Notes: a model not told the origin generated them from the sequence alone. 29,737 bases of DNA from Flavobacteriales bacterium (GCA_028825055.1 JAPKAW010000001.1:1-29737); one strand, 5' to 3'; counted from the stretch's first letter, positions 17,067 through 26,297 are shown. Made by a program: numbers and translations.

Positions 17067-18083
17067 TTAAGGCGCCAAAGTTTCGCCCCACGTTACAAAT
17101 TGTGGGTCGTCTAAAGCCCGCAAGAAGGCCTTTAAATCCAAGCGTTGGGCTGCGGAGATTTCAAATGGTTGAATGGCTGTGGCTTGATTGAAATGGTTGG
17201 ATCCACCTTGCGCATACTGGTTGATGACGTCGTCCAGCGTGGCAATAGAACCATCGAACATGTAAGGTGCAGAATAGGAAAGATTCCGCAGACTGGCTGT
17301 TTTGAACTTCCCAATATCATCGGGGTTCAGCGTCAATCGATACAATCCTGAATCGGGGTAAACAACAAACAGCCCGTTGTTGCGTAATTCGAAATCTGAA
17401 AATTGAGGCCCTGAATGGCATTCCCCACATCCGATAGATTGAAAAACATCTTGTCCGTGCAAGGCGGCTTGAGACAAGGCTGATTCATCTCCTTCAAGCC
17501 AGCGGTCGTAGGCTGAAGTTCCGCTAATCAACGTGCGTTCAAATGCGGATAAAGCACGGGTGATGGTGTATGGACTGGGATTCATGCCAAAAGCATCCTG
17601 CGTCATTTTGACGTAAAGAGAGTCGCTGTTCAATTGTTCGGCAATCAGAACGATGTTGTGGTTGAGTTCATTTGTTTCCTGAATGGGTACGAGCACTTGC
17701 ATTTCAAGTGTCGTTACACCGCCCTCTCGGGTGAAATAGGGGTGCCATCCGATGTTACTCAATACGGGGACGTTGCGGGTTCCTGGTGCCCCGCCCACTC
17801 CAGGTGTAGTGGGCGTGGAGCCTCCGAACGCATGCGAAGGCAGATGGCAAGAAGAACAACTGGTCGAGCCGTCACTCGAAAGCTGCGGGTCAAAAAAAAG
17901 CTGGCGTCCCAATTCCCATTTCAACGCACTCAACGGATTGTCGTCAGGTATGAATTGCGTTCCAAAGTGTTCTGGAGTCTCTGGGAAATTCCAAATAAAA
18001 GTAGGTTCTGAATCCGTAGGTTTTTTGCAGCCGATGAGCACGACGCACGACGCAAAAACAAGGTACAATCGGCCCCAGAGCAT
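17067..18083 (-). CDS. mbnH: Di-heme cytochrome c peroxidase-like enzyme (MbnH/MauG family), probable lipoprotein
   Basis: CSSCH and CGECH heme motifs, LGRQLFFDPQLS, RNVP.L.N, FKTASLRN, APYM; lipobox-like LIGC; directly downstream of an mbnP-like gene. Start set at ATG 18083. Confidence 0.75.
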   Translation of the reverse strand: MLWGRLYLVFASCVVLIGCKKPTDSEPTFIWNFPETPEHFGTQFIPDDNPLSALKWELGRQLFFDPQLSSDGSTSCSSCHLPSHAFGGSTPTTPGVGGAPGTRNVPVLSNIGWHPYFTREGGVTTLEMQVLVPIQETNELNHNIVLIAEQLNSDSLYVKMTQDAFGMNPSPYTITRALSAFERTLISGTSAYDRWLEGDESALSQAALHGQDVFQSIGCGECHSGPQFSDFELRNNGLFVVYPDSGLYRLTLNPDDIGKFKTASLRNLSYSAPYMFDGSIATLDDVINQYAQGGSNHFNQATAIQPFEISAAQRLDLKAFLRALDDPQFVTWGETLAP

Positions 18084-18088
18084 CGGGC

Positions 18089-19039
18089 TTACTGTATAAT
18101 CAGTCTTTGCTGAAACAATACTGGCCCGCGCCCAACGAGCAGATACAAGCCAGGAAGCAGGTCGCTCGTGTTCCAAACATCAGTGCTTTGGGTGACGGTT
18201 CCACTCCGGCATACCCGGCCGCTTGGATCGAGAAGGGCATACGTGGTCCCCACGGCTTCCACTCCCCAATCGAGCTGAACACGGCCAGTGGATGGGTTGG
18301 GAAACAAAGAGCAAGTTGCACCACCGGTTTGCGCGATTCCAACGGAGCCTTGAAGTGGCTCGAAAACGAAGTCGCGCAGGTTCGTCAGTAAAGTGGCTGC
18401 TTCATCGACGGTAGAATGTTCAATCAGGCCGCCGGAAACGTCGATTTGGATAAACATGCTTTCGCATTTGGCACGCATGAACAGGTTGACAGTGCCATCA
18501 ACAGCTTCTTCGCTGAAGGCATGCGATTGCTGGAAGAAGTTATCGTCACCAAGCGCATGGATTTCAAACGTGCTATTGCCTTCAGGTGTCCCTTCCAATG
18601 CCGCGAATTTGTAGCCGCTTGCCCATCCCCAATGCATGTTGGGGCTTTGCGGAGCCAACGGATGTCCTGCTGCATACAGGGTTGGGTCGAGGTGGTTGTA
18701 CGCTTCATCTACGCCGATACTGAAAGCCATGGCCTCGACGGCATTGATGTCCCATTCGCCCAATGGGTGGATCGAAGCTCCTTCTGATGCATCCACGAGT
18801 AAAAAGACGTCGGAAAGGGCTGTCTCTTGGCCACCGTCATGGGTGATGACGAAATCAGACACATAGTATTGGAGGCGATCGAATTCGAGATTCGTACCAA
18901 AAACATCAACAGACGACTGGAATTGCAAAGGAGCGCCATTGAGCACATGCTGCAAATTCAGTTGAATGGCATTTTGGGCTTGCATAACCTGGGGAGCAAG
19001 AACGCTCAGACAGAGTAGGAAGAGTTGATAGCTTTTCAT
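18089..19039 (-). CDS. mbnP: MbnP-family copper-binding protein fused to a T9SS type-A C-terminal domain
   Basis: LQYYVSDF, F.IGVD...NH, MHWGWASGYKF..LEG (WxW motif W137/W139), HALG; LFPNPSTG...LDPSGR...LLPGLYLL tail. Confidence 0.75.
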   Translation of the reverse strand: MKSYQLFLLCLSVLAPQVMQAQNAIQLNLQHVLNGAPLQFQSSVDVFGTNLEFDRLQYYVSDFVITHDGGQETALSDVFLLVDASEGASIHPLGEWDINAVEAMAFSIGVDEAYNHLDPTLYAAGHPLAPQSPNMHWGWASGYKFAALEGTPEGNSTFEIHALGDDNFFQQSHAFSEEAVDGTVNLFMRAKCESMFIQIDVSGGLIEHSTVDEAATLLTNLRDFVFEPLQGSVGIAQTGGATCSLFPNPSTGRVQLDWGVEAVGTTYALLDPSGRVCRSGTVTQSTDVWNTSDLLPGLYLLVGRGPVLFQQRLIIQ

Positions 19040-19165
19040 TGCAACATAAGATTTTTAGAAAGTTAATGATATCGCTAGAAAGTTTGTGGACTTTGGACAT
19101 CTCACTGATTTGCGTTGGCATTCATTGGTTTTTATTCTCACTCAAAAGGTGTGATTTTTACAGCA

Positions 19166-19666
19166 ATGACCCAAGTTCGCATCTTAGAAAGAGGAGAAAT
19201 AATCCAACGACAGGGGGATGAAGTAAAGTTTCTGTTCAAAGTGCAAAGTGGTTTGTTACGTTCTTTTTTCGTGGACGAAATGGGGAAGGAGCATGTGTTT
19301 ATGTTTGCTCCAGAACAGTGGATTGTGGCGGATCTTGATGCCATCGGGTTTGACTTGCCATGCGCATTGAGTATTGAAACGTTGGAGCCATCGCGCATCG
19401 AAGTGGTTTCTTTTAAAAAAGGAGGAAAGCTGTTCTTGGGTTCAGAAGATTGTGAACTCGAATTTAGGCGGTTGATGCGCCGCGCAGGAAGCCTGCAGCG
19501 ACGGGTTCTTATGATGATGAGTACAAGCGCATTGGAGCGTTATGAATATTTTTTGAAGACCTATCCGGATTTAAGCCCGCGTTTAACGCAAAAGCAAATC
19601 GCTTCATACCTGGGCATTACGCCTCAACGATTGAGTAAATTAAGAGCAGAACGGGTGGGTAAATAA
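19166..19666 (+). CDS. Crp/Fnr family transcriptional regulator
   Basis: cNMP-binding-like region (GLLRSFFVDEMGKEHVFMFAPE) and C-terminal HTH (LTQKQIASYLGITPQRLSKLR). Start set at ATG 19166. Confidence 0.85.
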   Translation: MTQVRILERGEIIQRQGDEVKFLFKVQSGLLRSFFVDEMGKEHVFMFAPEQWIVADLDAIGFDLPCALSIETLEPSRIEVVSFKKGGKLFLGSEDCELEFRRLMRRAGSLQRRVLMMMSTSALERYEYFLKTYPDLSPRLTQKQIASYLGITPQRLSKLRAERVGK

Positions 19667-19725
19667 GGCTCTCGAAATGAATCTATGTGAAGCGTTCTCC
19701 GTGAAACAAGAAATATGTTTACAGA

Positions 19726-20307
19726 ATGAAAAACACGATCATGAACAAAGTCTTATCGAGTGTAGCATTGCACCTATTGCTTCTCGCACCTATATGTGCT
19801 CAAACATTGACTGTTGATGCTGGCAAGTCCAACATTCGCTGGGAAGCTGGTAAAGTCATTGGAGACCCGCATTACGGATCGCTGCAGTTGGCCGAAGGAG
19901 AAATTACATTGCAGGATAACAAAATTACCTCAGGTGATTTCGCCATCGACATGACGACCATTGCCAACGAGGACCTCGGTGGAGAATACGGTGACAAACT
20001 CGTTGGTCACTTGAATTCGGACGATTTCTTTAGCGTTGCTAAATTTCCTCAAGCACGTTTGGTTTTGCTCAGTAGCACCTCCTTTAAGAAAGGGAAGGCA
20101 ACAGTACAGGCGGAATTGACAATCAAAGGCCACTCGGAATCCATTGAGTTTGTGGTAGAAAAAAAGGGCAATGCGTTTGATGCTACGCTCAACGTTGACC
20201 GTTCCAAGTTCGATGTGCGATACGGTTCACCGTCATTCTTTAATGATCTTGGTGACGGCGCGATCAAAGATATTTTTGCTCTGGCTGTTCACCTTGAAGT
20301 CCGATAA
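19726..20307 (+). CDS. YceI family periplasmic lipid/polyisoprenoid-binding protein
   Basis: Signal peptide; S.I.W.A.K...H.G, F.IDMTTI, L.GHL.SDDFF.V.KFP, LTIKG and VDRSKFDVRYGS motifs. Alternative start at 19741. Confidence 0.85.
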   Translation: MKNTIMNKVLSSVALHLLLLAPICAQTLTVDAGKSNIRWEAGKVIGDPHYGSLQLAEGEITLQDNKITSGDFAIDMTTIANEDLGGEYGDKLVGHLNSDDFFSVAKFPQARLVLLSSTSFKKGKATVQAELTIKGHSESIEFVVEKKGNAFDATLNVDRSKFDVRYGSPSFFNDLGDGAIKDIFALAVHLEVR

Positions 20308-20312
20308 GTACC

Positions 20313-20552
20313 ATGGAAAATCCAAGATCAGCTGGAATGTCGCCGCAAATGGAGGCGCTAGAGGGAGGGAAGACATACGCCTGGTGCTCTTGCGGACTGT
20401 CTGAAAACCAGCCGTGGTGCAATGGCGCGCACTCGGGTACTTCGTTTCAGCCCAAGGTCTTCAAATCAGAAGAATCGAAACAGGCTGCTATGTGCACTTG
20501 TAAGCTCACAAAGAACCCACCATTTTGTGACGGAGCTCATCGCGCGATGTGA
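20313..20552 (+). CDS. CDGSH iron-sulfur domain protein (two motifs, CISD3/MiNT-like)
   Basis: WCSCGLSENQPWCNGAH and MCTCKLTKNPPFCDGAH. Confidence 0.85.
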   Translation: MENPRSAGMSPQMEALEGGKTYAWCSCGLSENQPWCNGAHSGTSFQPKVFKSEESKQAAMCTCKLTKNPPFCDGAHRAM

Positions 20553-20584
20553 TGCAATAACATTGCCGTACGATTGAATGCGCG

Positions 20585-20623
20585 GAAGGGCGGTAAACTA
20601 ATTTATTTAGTCTACCGCCCTTC
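20585..20623. terminator. 17-bp-stem hairpin between convergent genes, overlapping the last codons of the methyltransferase gene
   Basis: GAAGGGCGGTAAACTAA (20585-20601) / TTAGTCTACCGCCCTTC (20607-20623), one mismatch, 5-nt loop. Confidence 0.6.
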
Positions 20624-21364
20624 GACGTGAAGGACACGTGAGTAGCGCTTCAGACTGCGCAGCACGATAAAGACTACGAATGCTCCAGCGGTACTCCACA
20701 TCCAAAAGGGATTGAGAAGGTCATCAACTGTCGTTGCATCCTGATGGACGAAGTTCTTTCCTACGGAAATTACTGCGAGGCTTACGAATACGGCAAAGAA
20801 GCCATTGTATTCGCGTTTCAACACATTGCGCAAGGAGAAGGAGACATCGGGACCTTTCCATTTCAAATTGCGTGGCCAAAATGCGGGAGTGTACTCTGAC
20901 CAAGCCAAATACGCATCACCAAATCGCTTGCGCAGAAAGGCTTCTTCCGCAAACATGATGCGTTCGTAGTAAAGCCAGTAGAGCAAACAGCATACGATGG
21001 TGAACCAAATATTTCCGACATAGATCATGATCCCGAGCCACATGAAAAAATTGCCGAGATACAGCGGGTGCCGCACCAAACTGTACATGCCTTTCGAGTT
21101 TAGAACTTCGGCAATCTGTCCGTCCTTGGTATTGCGACCTGATGTGCCTCGGGGTGTGAAACCGATCGTCAGAGAACGGATGAGCAAACCGAACATGGAA
21201 ACACCCAAGCAGATGCTTGCGCTGGTCACATTGAATTGTCGAAAATGAGGATCCCATTCTAAGCCGATGACGACGGCGATGAGTCCATACAGTGCCAATG
21301 GGAAATATGAACGGCCTTTGAAAAGCCAATTTCCAGATCGTTCCAACTCTTCAATCAATGCCAT
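20612..21364 (-). CDS. lmtA: Isoprenylcysteine carboxylmethyltransferase-family membrane methyltransferase, lipid A 1-phosphate methyltransferase (LmtA)-like
   Basis: MALIEE...GNWLF..RSY N-terminus, TSGRNT...Q.AE.LN..G.YS.VRHPLYLGNF and YYERIMFAEE.FL...FG motifs, as recalled for Leptospira LmtA-type proteins. Start set at ATG 21364. Confidence 0.65.
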   Translation of the reverse strand: MALIEELERSGNWLFKGRSYFPLALYGLIAVVIGLEWDPHFRQFNVTSASICLGVSMFGLLIRSLTIGFTPRGTSGRNTKDGQIAEVLNSKGMYSLVRHPLYLGNFFMWLGIMIYVGNIWFTIVCCLLYWLYYERIMFAEEAFLRKRFGDAYLAWSEYTPAFWPRNLKWKGPDVSFSLRNVLKREYNGFFAVFVSLAVISVGKNFVHQDATTVDDLLNPFWMWSTAGAFVVFIVLRSLKRYSRVLHVEGR

Positions 21365-21487
21365 GCAATCAGTCGTTTTGAGACGCGTTTTAAGACGCCG
21401 AAAGATAGTTCTTGGAGGCACGTTTCCAAGTGATCCAAGGCGAGTCTATAAACAATGAAATCGCTTCATTCCGGCTGCGCCTTGTGC

Positions 21488-24400
21488 TCAATGGTGCACC
21501 ATGAAAGGCAACGAGGTTTCATTGACTCGAACGATATAGAGGCCGGGATACAAAGAGGAAACATTCATGTTTGCGCGTGTCATGCTGCGGCCTTGCCAAG
21601 GAATGGCTAAGCTCTGCCCGGTGATATTGAAAAGCGTGCAGGAGTGAATGGGGCTGTCTGAAGTGACGTTGATCCACTGGTTGGCCGGGTTGGGATAGAC
21701 TCGGAAACCTGCAGAGGAAGACACCTCGTCCTCGTTTTGCAACGCTCCCAAAGTCCAACTCGAAGCGAAGTGATTGTCCAGAAGGCTCGATACGATATGC
21801 AACGCCTCGGCACCTGCCTGTGGCACGGGCCATGGAGCTTCAGGAGCATAGCGCACAAAGTCCATGACCATTCCGGCTGCATTGGACAACACAATGCGCT
21901 CCCCTTCGTTGGCCAATTGGCCTGTTTGCCATTGGAAGACAGCATCTTGTGAGTTTTCGAAGAAACTTCCGTCGCGAACTACCCACAATGAAGCATCGGG
22001 TTCAAGAATAAAGGCCTCGGTGAGTGTCCATTGAATCGCATCACTCAGCGTATATCCTGTCATGTCGACCGATTCAGCACTTGGATTGAAAAGGCGAACC
22101 CACTCTTTGTTTGGGTTTTCAATACCGGCATAGCCAATCTCCACAATCGCAACATTTCGCTGGCCGCTCGGCCAATGGTTGAGTGTGCCCAAGTCCAAGC
22201 CGTCATTCGCAGCACCCAATGCGGGGGAGTTTTCGAGCAACGTAAAATCAAACCCATCGGGATCGGTGAAGAGGGGGTTGGCCCAATTGACTTCAGGGTC
22301 CTCCAGACTATCCGTATCACAGGTTGAATTCATCACCAATATAGAAGAGAGGGAGTCACTTGTGAACGGAGCATCGCTGGAGTTTGAAAGCAGTGTGTTT
22401 TGGACTGTGCCCCATCCACCGCCGCGTCCCACGTTTTTCTCATAAGCGCTCACTGCCGTTTGATTCCCGTACAATGTGACGTGATCGAGGTCGGCCGCAC
22501 CTTGGTCTTTCAGCGCTACACCCAGCGCACAGTGTGCGATGGTCATATTGCGAATAGTGGCATTTGAAGCTTGTCCAATGGAAATGCCTTTGTCCGTGCA
22601 ATGGTGAATCAACCCGCCTTCTATGAGGATGGACTCACTTTCTTCGCCAAGGTCGATGCCATCACTGTTTTCGCCATAGAAGGAGTGAATGGTGCAATGA
22701 AGAATGGATCCACCGACCACTTGGTCGTAATCAATGGCATCTGTATCAGGGGCGTCATTGCCAATGAACATGCACGAATCGATGAACCCAGAACCGTGGC
22801 GTACATTGATTAAATCGCCTGTAATATCTGAATGCAAGGTGCTGTTCGTGAGGACCACTTGCCCATATTCTGAGTACACCGGATTGCTGTAGTTGTTGGT
22901 CAATTCCACATGGTCCAGGGTTAAGTCGCTGAACCATACGGCAATGGCTGCACGATCGTGAACGGGGTGGGGCCCATCAGAGGCCGATTCTACAATGGCA
23001 TGTCGAATCAGATTCGGACTGGTGCTTTCTTGGAACTTGAGATGTCCCCATGGGCCTTCATAGTCCGGATTCAAACCAAATCGAATGGGCTCCATGGCAC
23101 TGCCTTCTGCATGCAGTTTTCCTTCAATAATCAAACTGACATCTGTAGGAAATAAGACTTCGACACCCGGTTCAATGGTCAAGGTCACATTCGGCAATAC
23201 GTGTGTGGTGCCGATGGCTAAATACGGGGAGCACGATAGCGCTAAAGTTAAGTCCTCCGTAATCTCCATGGGCAGGGTACATGCTCCATTGGGAGTGTAC
23301 CGTGCAGTAAAGCCTGAGCTTCCAGATAGATTTACCGATAAGGGATTTTCGGAAGAAAAGACGTCATCGGAAGCATCCAAAACGGAAAGAGTTAAATCAA
23401 AACTGATATCAGAACTGGTGCTGGAAAATTGATGGATCTCAACCGCGAGTGTATTGATGCCTGGGTTGAGGTCAACCTCCAAGGAAAAGTCATTCCAATT
23501 GGATTCGGAGGCACCTCCAACGACATCGCTTGCTGTGGTTTCGAAATCAATAGGTCCTATCGGCATATTGCTTCGGAAAAGTTCCTCCCCGTTGAGGTAG
23601 ACCACGGCACCATCGTCTCTTCTAATTTGCAAGAGTGCAGGTAGCGTTTGAGCACCATCGCTGTCAAAATTGAAGTTATGCCTGAAATACGTCGCAATGT
23701 GTTTGTCATTCGCGCTGCTTCCATATGATATGGTAGTCGCCTCATCCCCATCTCCATAGCCCAATTCGGCCTCTCCAGTCTGCCAATCGGCATCATCGAA
23801 TCCTGAAGATGTCCAATCGATTGGTGGCACATTGCCATCATCCAAAAATTTCCAATTGGACCCCGCAAGGATAAAGGGAGATAATTCCATCAGTGACCAC
23901 CCGATGAATTGCTGTCCAGGAAGTGGTTGGGCGGTTAGCTCGAATGGCATCTCTGGAAAATAGGCTCCATTCCATGGACTTCCGGGTATTTCAAATGCAT
24001 TTAGCCGAATGGTCCCCGAACCTGCGGGCAGATTTTCAGTGCGCAAATCGACGCTGGGTTCAAGGTTGAATTCGTCGGCCAAGTTTTCAAGCATATGCTG
24101 AGAGCGCTCATTTGCAAATGTTCGAAGTTCCTCGACCTCTTCTTCCCAAAACCCCACACTTTCAATGCCATTTCCATAGGATGATGTCGTTCCTTCCCAG
24201 CGTCCCACATGATACGGGATCTCCGTTTCAATGCGGTCTGCGAAATTTTGGACAACACGGTCTACACGTTGAGGATGAAACGAGGTGTATAAATGGTCGG
24301 TAAATCGTTGTGCGAAAAACGTAGCGTAGTCTGTGTTTTCAAAAGCGTGTCGGATCCAATTGCGCGCGTAGTCATAACTGTCATTCTGCGCCGTGGTGAA

Positions 24401-25954
24401 TTCGCCAATATCGTCATTGGTTGAGCCAGAAAACCCTCGGTCTAGATCGGTAAAAATGAAACGCCAGCGTCCTGAATCGGTAGGCTTTGAAAGGACGACA
24501 TTGTGACCCCAACTGCTGTTGCTGGACCAGATTTCAGTGGCCCAATAATCGGAAAACCCTTGGAAATCCATGACAGCCGCAGCCGCATCGAAATTGCTTT
24601 GGACCGAAAGGTCTTCATTCATTAACCCATCCATCAGGGCAAACGCAGCGCCATCTCCCTCCTCAATTTGACCATTGTCCGTAATTAAATCATAGGTGGC
24701 CGAGCTGAGGTTATAATTCTCTTCAATAAAGCCTTCATCAACGCGTGACCGGATGTTGTGGATGCCCATGTACTCGCCGTTGATGAATACGATGCTTGGT
24801 CGAAAGCCTTGCAATCCCACGGGAGCGTTGTCTTGGGGAAGGGATTGTCCAAGACCATCTCGCATCAGGGTATAGGCCCAATCGCTTCCACTTGCTCGCA
24901 GCACGAAGTCATCAAATTGGGTGCGGTCGCGATCATGGAACAGCGGATAATCCAACGAGCCGGCACCGTAGCCGCTTCTGAAATAGATGCCCAACATCTT
25001 TTGTGGAAGGACCCAACTGTTTTGTCCGTTTATTTTGACACCAGCTCGTTCATTGAATGCGGCTTCGTTGTTTCCGTCATTTTCAAAAAACTCAACATTC
25101 AAAGGCCATTCCCACTCTGGTTTAAAATCTTGCACATAGATTCCTGTGTCGGCATCCCAGAAGTAGTCAGGGTCTGTAACCAAGGAGAAAACAGGGAGTG
25201 GTCGCTCTGAAAATGTGGGGTCAAAGAAAAAGCTATGCGTGATGGTCTGACCGGGGATGTGGTTTTCGATGAATACACGTGCACGAATGAAAGCAGTGCT
25301 GTTGATTGCAAGTCCGTCTTCAAATTGAGGTGAATTCACTGTGGGCTCACGTCCATCCGTTGAGTATCGAATAGTTCCAGATAGTGCTGTTAACTCCAGC
25401 TCGAATGCCGATTCAAAAAAGCCGCCAATGTTTGAGAAGTGAGGCAGGTAATGGACGATCCCTTCATAAGCTGTAGACGCATTATTAGAGGTTCCAGGGG
25501 TGGGTACATCGAAGTAAGCCCAAGATGCGATGCCATCTTGATTCCGACCTCTGCTGACGTCAGTATTCTGTTCTCCGAAAACACGGCTGTCTTGAAGAAT
25601 CAGATCGGGGGTGTAAAGTCCGAGTTCCTCTCCCGTTCGACTCAATTTGAAGGAGGTATGAAGTCCCGTATCCTCGCCGTCACACCACACCAATAGAAAT
25701 CCACCTGGGGCAATGGTAGACTCAACAGGGAAGGACCATTTTGTGGAGTCGCTCAAATTGTCGGTCAGATACCAGCTACTGAGGTTGACTTCGTCGATTC
25801 CTGCATTGTAGAACTCCACCCAATCGGCATTGTTGGAGAATTCAGAGTCTTCAGCTCCTAAAGAATTGGACGCAACGAATTCATTGATTGTCACTTGACA
25901 TGCCATGTGACCAACCGCTATCATCGCGAGGATTAGGGCAATCGTCTTCATCAA
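21488..25954 (-). CDS. Large secreted CotH-kinase-family protein: lamin-tail domains, CotH domain, beta-sandwich, parallel beta-helix, T9SS type-A C-terminal domain
   Basis: INEFVASN...DWVEFYN lamin-tail domain; GVKINGQNS...QK, LRASGSDW...MRD, VFINGEYMGIHNIR, D.DRGF CotH motifs; DAIDYD/DGIDLG/DKGISIG beta-helix; VYPNPANQ...LYPGLYIV tail. Confidence 0.85.
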   Translation of the reverse strand: MMKTIALILAMIAVGHMACQVTINEFVASNSLGAEDSEFSNNADWVEFYNAGIDEVNLSSWYLTDNLSDSTKWSFPVESTIAPGGFLLVWCDGEDTGLHTSFKLSRTGEELGLYTPDLILQDSRVFGEQNTDVSRGRNQDGIASWAYFDVPTPGTSNNASTAYEGIVHYLPHFSNIGGFFESAFELELTALSGTIRYSTDGREPTVNSPQFEDGLAINSTAFIRARVFIENHIPGQTITHSFFFDPTFSERPLPVFSLVTDPDYFWDADTGIYVQDFKPEWEWPLNVEFFENDGNNEAAFNERAGVKINGQNSWVLPQKMLGIYFRSGYGAGSLDYPLFHDRDRTQFDDFVLRASGSDWAYTLMRDGLGQSLPQDNAPVGLQGFRPSIVFINGEYMGIHNIRSRVDEGFIEENYNLSSATYDLITDNGQIEEGDGAAFALMDGLMNEDLSVQSNFDAAAAVMDFQGFSDYWATEIWSSNSSWGHNVVLSKPTDSGRWRFIFTDLDRGFSGSTNDDIGEFTTAQNDSYDYARNWIRHAFENTDYATFFAQRFTDHLYTSFHPQRVDRVVQNFADRIETEIPYHVGRWEGTTSSYGNGIESVGFWEEEVEELRTFANERSQHMLENLADEFNLEPSVDLRTENLPAGSGTIRLNAFEIPGSPWNGAYFPEMPFELTAQPLPGQQFIGWSLMELSPFILAGSNWKFLDDGNVPPIDWTSSGFDDADWQTGEAELGYGDGDEATTISYGSSANDKHIATYFRHNFNFDSDGAQTLPALLQIRRDDGAVVYLNGEELFRSNMPIGPIDFETTASDVVGGASESNWNDFSLEVDLNPGINTLAVEIHQFSSTSSDISFDLTLSVLDASDDVFSSENPLSVNLSGSSGFTARYTPNGACTLPMEITEDLTLALSCSPYLAIGTTHVLPNVTLTIEPGVEVLFPTDVSLIIEGKLHAEGSAMEPIRFGLNPDYEGPWGHLKFQESTSPNLIRHAIVESASDGPHPVHDRAAIAVWFSDLTLDHVELTNNYSNPVYSEYGQVVLTNSTLHSDITGDLINVRHGSGFIDSCMFIGNDAPDTDAIDYDQVVGGSILHCTIHSFYGENSDGIDLGEESESILIEGGLIHHCTDKGISIGQASNATIRNMTIAHCALGVALKDQGAADLDHVTLYGNQTAVSAYEKNVGRGGGWGTVQNTLLSNSSDAPFTSDSLSSILVMNSTCDTDSLEDPEVNWANPLFTDPDGFDFTLLENSPALGAANDGLDLGTLNHWPSGQRNVAIVEIGYAGIENPNKEWVRLFNPSAESVDMTGYTLSDAIQWTLTEAFILEPDASLWVVRDGSFFENSQDAVFQWQTGQLANEGERIVLSNAAGMVMDFVRYAPEAPWPVPQAGAEALHIVSSLLDNHFASSWTLGALQNEDEVSSSAGFRVYPNPANQWINVTSDSPIHSCTLFNITGQSLAIPWQGRSMTRANMNVSSLYPGLYIVRVNETSLPFMVHH

Positions 25955-26297
25955 TACGGGAAGCTATTGAAATTCAAAGTGGAGTAAAAGTAGGTGTCAT
26001 CAGAGCATTCTCCCCTTTTATTCCGGACCTAAAGTGAAGCGATCACATACTGATGAATGAAATGGTATTGGGTTCAATGGAGAGACATGTAATCTATAAA
26101 ACTATCCTCTGGCGGCATTTTAGTGAGGGTGTGTTGATGTGTTTTAAAATAAGTTCGCAGAATTGGACTTCATATAAACGATGTAAACCAATGATAATCA
26201 GCATATAAACACATCAATGTTCATTCGTGAATTGGTCAATGTAAAATAGTGATAGTTCTAATTCCGTCTTTTGGGTAATTCTAAAAATCATTTCATA

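Noticed and set aside
19667-19725. Candidate Crp/Fnr operator upstream of yceI (TGAATCTATGTGAA)
   Set aside because: Not palindromic enough to separate from background.
12135-21421. Longer starts in the ORF track (12218, 15323, 18176, 19115, 21421; similarly 6912, 13969, 26271)
   Set aside because: Extensions overlap neighbouring genes or precede the signal peptide or conserved N-terminus; downstream ATGs give ATGA coupling or family-typical starts.
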